This document shows, one piece after another, positions 61,901-64,000 of a stretch of 64,000 bases of DNA. The stretch is from Streptomyces sp. (GTDB taxonomy: Bacteria > Actinomycetota > Actinomycetes > Streptomycetales > Streptomycetaceae). A model generated the notes under the pieces. That model saw only the letters and a program-made list of their open reading frames with translations, was not told the DNA's origin and ran no database searches. The position numbers and the translations under genes were made by a program. The stretch lies in the NCBI GenBank assembly GCA_013362785.1, contig JABFVM010000222.1, positions 19-64,018 on the forward strand, given 5' to 3'. Position 1 is the first letter of the stretch. Every line of letters begins with the position of its first letter.

Positions 61901-63898
61901 TTACCAGTACTTGGCCCGAGCCTCGGCGACCTGTGCGAGCACCTGCTGGAGCACCTGGCTGCCGGGCGGCACGAGCGGCGGCTCGTAGGTCCAGGCGTGC
62001 CCCACCCAGGGGTCGGCGAGATGGTCGTCCGGCACCGGTGTCAGTCGCATCAGCGAACGCCACAGCGGGTCGAGCAACGGGCCGTAACCGGCGGCCTCCT
62101 CACGGTCCGCGACCATCATCAGGTGGACACCGACGACAGGTCCCTCGTCCGCCAGGTAGCGCAGCTGGTTCACGGCGCGGTCGTCGAAGCCATGCGGGAA
62201 GTCGTTGACGATCAGCAGTTGCTGGGAGGTGTCGAAGCCGGGCGGCAGGGAGTCGGGCGCACCGGCGCGCAGCGCCATCTGCACCAGGTCGACGCGCTGG
62301 GTGAGCTGTGCGAGGACGTCCGCGACACCGGCGGCGCCCACGGCCGGCGGGGCCGCGAGCACACCGGTCTGTACCAGGGGTGCGAGGGACTGTGCGCCCG
62401 AACCGGCCGGATCGATGACGTGCACGGTGAACTCGCCCGCCGGGTAGACGGCGAGCAGCCTTGCCGCGTGCGCCACCGCGGTATCCATGGCGAGACGCCG
62501 CAGGTCATGGGCGTCCGTGAACGAGCCGTCGAGCGACCCGTCTCGTCCGCTGTCGATCCACAGGCCGCGCTCCAGGGGCAGCCGGACCAGCATCGGAATG
62601 CGCAGATCGGCGCTCTCGGGCAGATGGAGGTCGCCCAGGCGCAGGGCCATGGGGATCTCCATCGGTACGCGGTAGCCGTGCCAGGCCGGGTTGTCCCAGC
62701 GCGCGTACGCGGGCGGCAGCGCGGGTTCGACGACGTCGGACTCCGCGGTGAGCTGGGCGATGTCCCGGTCGAGCGCGGCCCTGGCCTGATTGACGAGCTG
62801 GGAGTGCTTGGTCTGGGCCGCCTCGCGTGCGGCGTCGCCCTGTCCGCCGATCCGGCTGCGCGGGTCCGACAGGACCTGGTCGAGCTCCTTGTCCATGCGT
62901 GAGTCGGCGAAGTCGACCGCGCTGCGGTAGGCGGCGGCCGTACGGGCCAGGTCCTCGAACATGCCCCACACCTGGTTGTAGAGCCGCTCGTCCATGGACC
63001 AGCCGGTGGCGTCGCCCGCGACGGGCTGCGCGGGCTGTCCGGGCTGGGCCGGGGGCGCGGTCGGCGGGGGTGGCGGCGGAGCGGCGCTCTGACGGCGCGG
63101 GTGGCTGTAGTCGATCGGCCCGCCGGACGTGGAGGTGGAGGGCTGGGCGGGGTCTCCGGCACCGGTTCCGCCCTGGTACGGCGGCTGCGGCGCGGGCTGA
63201 CCGTAGGGCGATGTCGGCTGGGGCGGTACCGGGCCGGGGGCGCCCTGGGATGCGGGGCCGCCCTGGTCCGGGCCGAGCGCGGGGGCGGCCGCCTGCCGGG
63301 AGCGGTCGCCGTCCGTCCGTGGCGGGGGTGCCGGCACGGAGCGGGCCACGCCCTGGGCCACCGCCTCGTTGATGCCGCCCGCGAGTTGGTGGGCCTGGGG
63401 CAGGCCCTGGTCGGTGAAGAGGTCGGCGAGGCCACCGGCATAGCCCTGGCCGATCGCGCGCACCTTCCAGGCGCCCTGTCGCCGGTAGAGCTCCAGGGCG
63501 ACCACGGCGGACTCGGCCTCCAGGCCGGTGACGGTGTAGCTGGCGATCTCGACGCCGTCGAGACCGGTGACCGCGACGAAGGGGGTCGGGACGGCGCCGA
63601 AACGGCTCGGGCCGCCGACGCCGACCGGCAGGGCGAGCAGCACACTGACGCGGTGGACGGCTTCCGGCATGGCGTCCAGGTCCACCGCGAGGCGATGGTC
63701 GGAGGCCGCCTGCCGGGAGACCTCAAGGCCGGGCAGGGTGGGGGCGCCGGGGTGGGCCACCCATTCGACGCCGTGGATCTTTCCCTGCTCGTCGCCGAGC
63801 GTGGCCGCAGCCACGATCGGTGTGCCGGCCGAGACCCGGATCTCCAGACGGGCCTGGGAGAGCGGGTGATTCTGTCCCCGCACCAGCTCGGCCGTCAT
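61901..63898 (-). CDS. TerD-domain protein with a Pro-rich linker and a degenerate FtsK/P-loop-like C-terminal domain
   Basis: TerD-like N-terminus (LVRGQN, ELYRRQGAWKVRAIGQGY.GGL), C-terminal HVIDP and LLIVNDFP. Confidence 0.85.
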   Translation of the reverse strand: MTAELVRGQNHPLSQARLEIRVSAGTPIVAAATLGDEQGKIHGVEWVAHPGAPTLPGLEVSRQAASDHRLAVDLDAMPEAVHRVSVLLALPVGVGGPSRFGAVPTPFVAVTGLDGVEIASYTVTGLEAESAVVALELYRRQGAWKVRAIGQGYAGGLADLFTDQGLPQAHQLAGGINEAVAQGVARSVPAPPPRTDGDRSRQAAAPALGPDQGGPASQGAPGPVPPQPTSPYGQPAPQPPYQGGTGAGDPAQPSTSTSGGPIDYSHPRRQSAAPPPPPPTAPPAQPGQPAQPVAGDATGWSMDERLYNQVWGMFEDLARTAAAYRSAVDFADSRMDKELDQVLSDPRSRIGGQGDAAREAAQTKHSQLVNQARAALDRDIAQLTAESDVVEPALPPAYARWDNPAWHGYRVPMEIPMALRLGDLHLPESADLRIPMLVRLPLERGLWIDSGRDGSLDGSFTDAHDLRRLAMDTAVAHAARLLAVYPAGEFTVHVIDPAGSGAQSLAPLVQTGVLAAPPAVGAAGVADVLAQLTQRVDLVQMALRAGAPDSLPPGFDTSQQLLIVNDFPHGFDDRAVNQLRYLADEGPVVGVHLMMVADREEAAGYGPLLDPLWRSLMRLTPVPDDHLADPWVGHAWTYEPPLVPPGSQVLQQVLAQVAEARAKYW

Positions 63899-63961
63899 GC
63901 CTTCGTCCCCCTGTTGTCGCTTGTCGAGTTGTGTACCGCTCGCCGGGCGGCCTGGCAGGTC

Positions 63962-64000
63962 CTACAGGTGCGGCAGGATCGACGGCATCAGGTCCTGGAA
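63962..64000 (-). CDS. 3' end of a probable TerD-family gene (continues beyond the window)
   Basis: Reads FQDLMPSILPHL-stop, resembling the C-terminus of Streptomyces TerD/TerZ proteins. Only 13 codons are visible. Confidence 0.55.
   Translation of the reverse strand, partial: FQDLMPSILPHL

Overview
High-GC actinobacterial chromosome, almost certainly Streptomyces (whiA, sufR-sufB, opcA, RbpA-family and TerD genes; very high GC3; rare TTA codons). The backbone is the conserved core block sufB-sufR / ABC-ctaA / ctaB / tkt-tal-zwf-opcA-pgl / pgi / secG-tpiA-pgk-gap / whiA-yvcK-rapZ-uvrC / LacI-pfkB / uvrA / aroQ / terC-terD. Two accessory-looking segments interrupt it. (1) A ~4 kb three-gene module (5591-9539) between ctaA and an amidohydrolase. 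It encodes a 4-TM membrane protein, an unusual [helical domain + winged-HTH + ROK] fusion, and a divergent nitrilase-fold (E-K-C) enzyme with a long uncharacterised N-terminus. Both large genes carry early TTA (bldA) codons and share a repeat-rich intergenic region. This is the best candidate for an undescribed system. (2) A ~12.5 kb block between pgl and pgi with DsbA, an alpha-glucoside ABC/GH13 operon, an orphan non-lipidated sugar-binding protein, and PadR-ABC-FtsX, apparently linked by a shared TACCT-N3-AGGTA palindrome. Non-coding elements read from the sequence: a yybP-ykoY Mn riboswitch before terC; three TGTCAG-N10-TAnnnT (RecA-NDp/PafBC-type) DNA-damage promoters (uvrA, uvrC and, unexpectedly, an MFS gene); SufR- and IdeR-type boxes; a LacI operator; a DnaA box; several hairpins; and many short tandem duplications at gene boundaries. 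No rRNA, tRNA, CRISPR, integrase or transposase was recognised. All assignments come from motif recognition by eye; no database searches were run.
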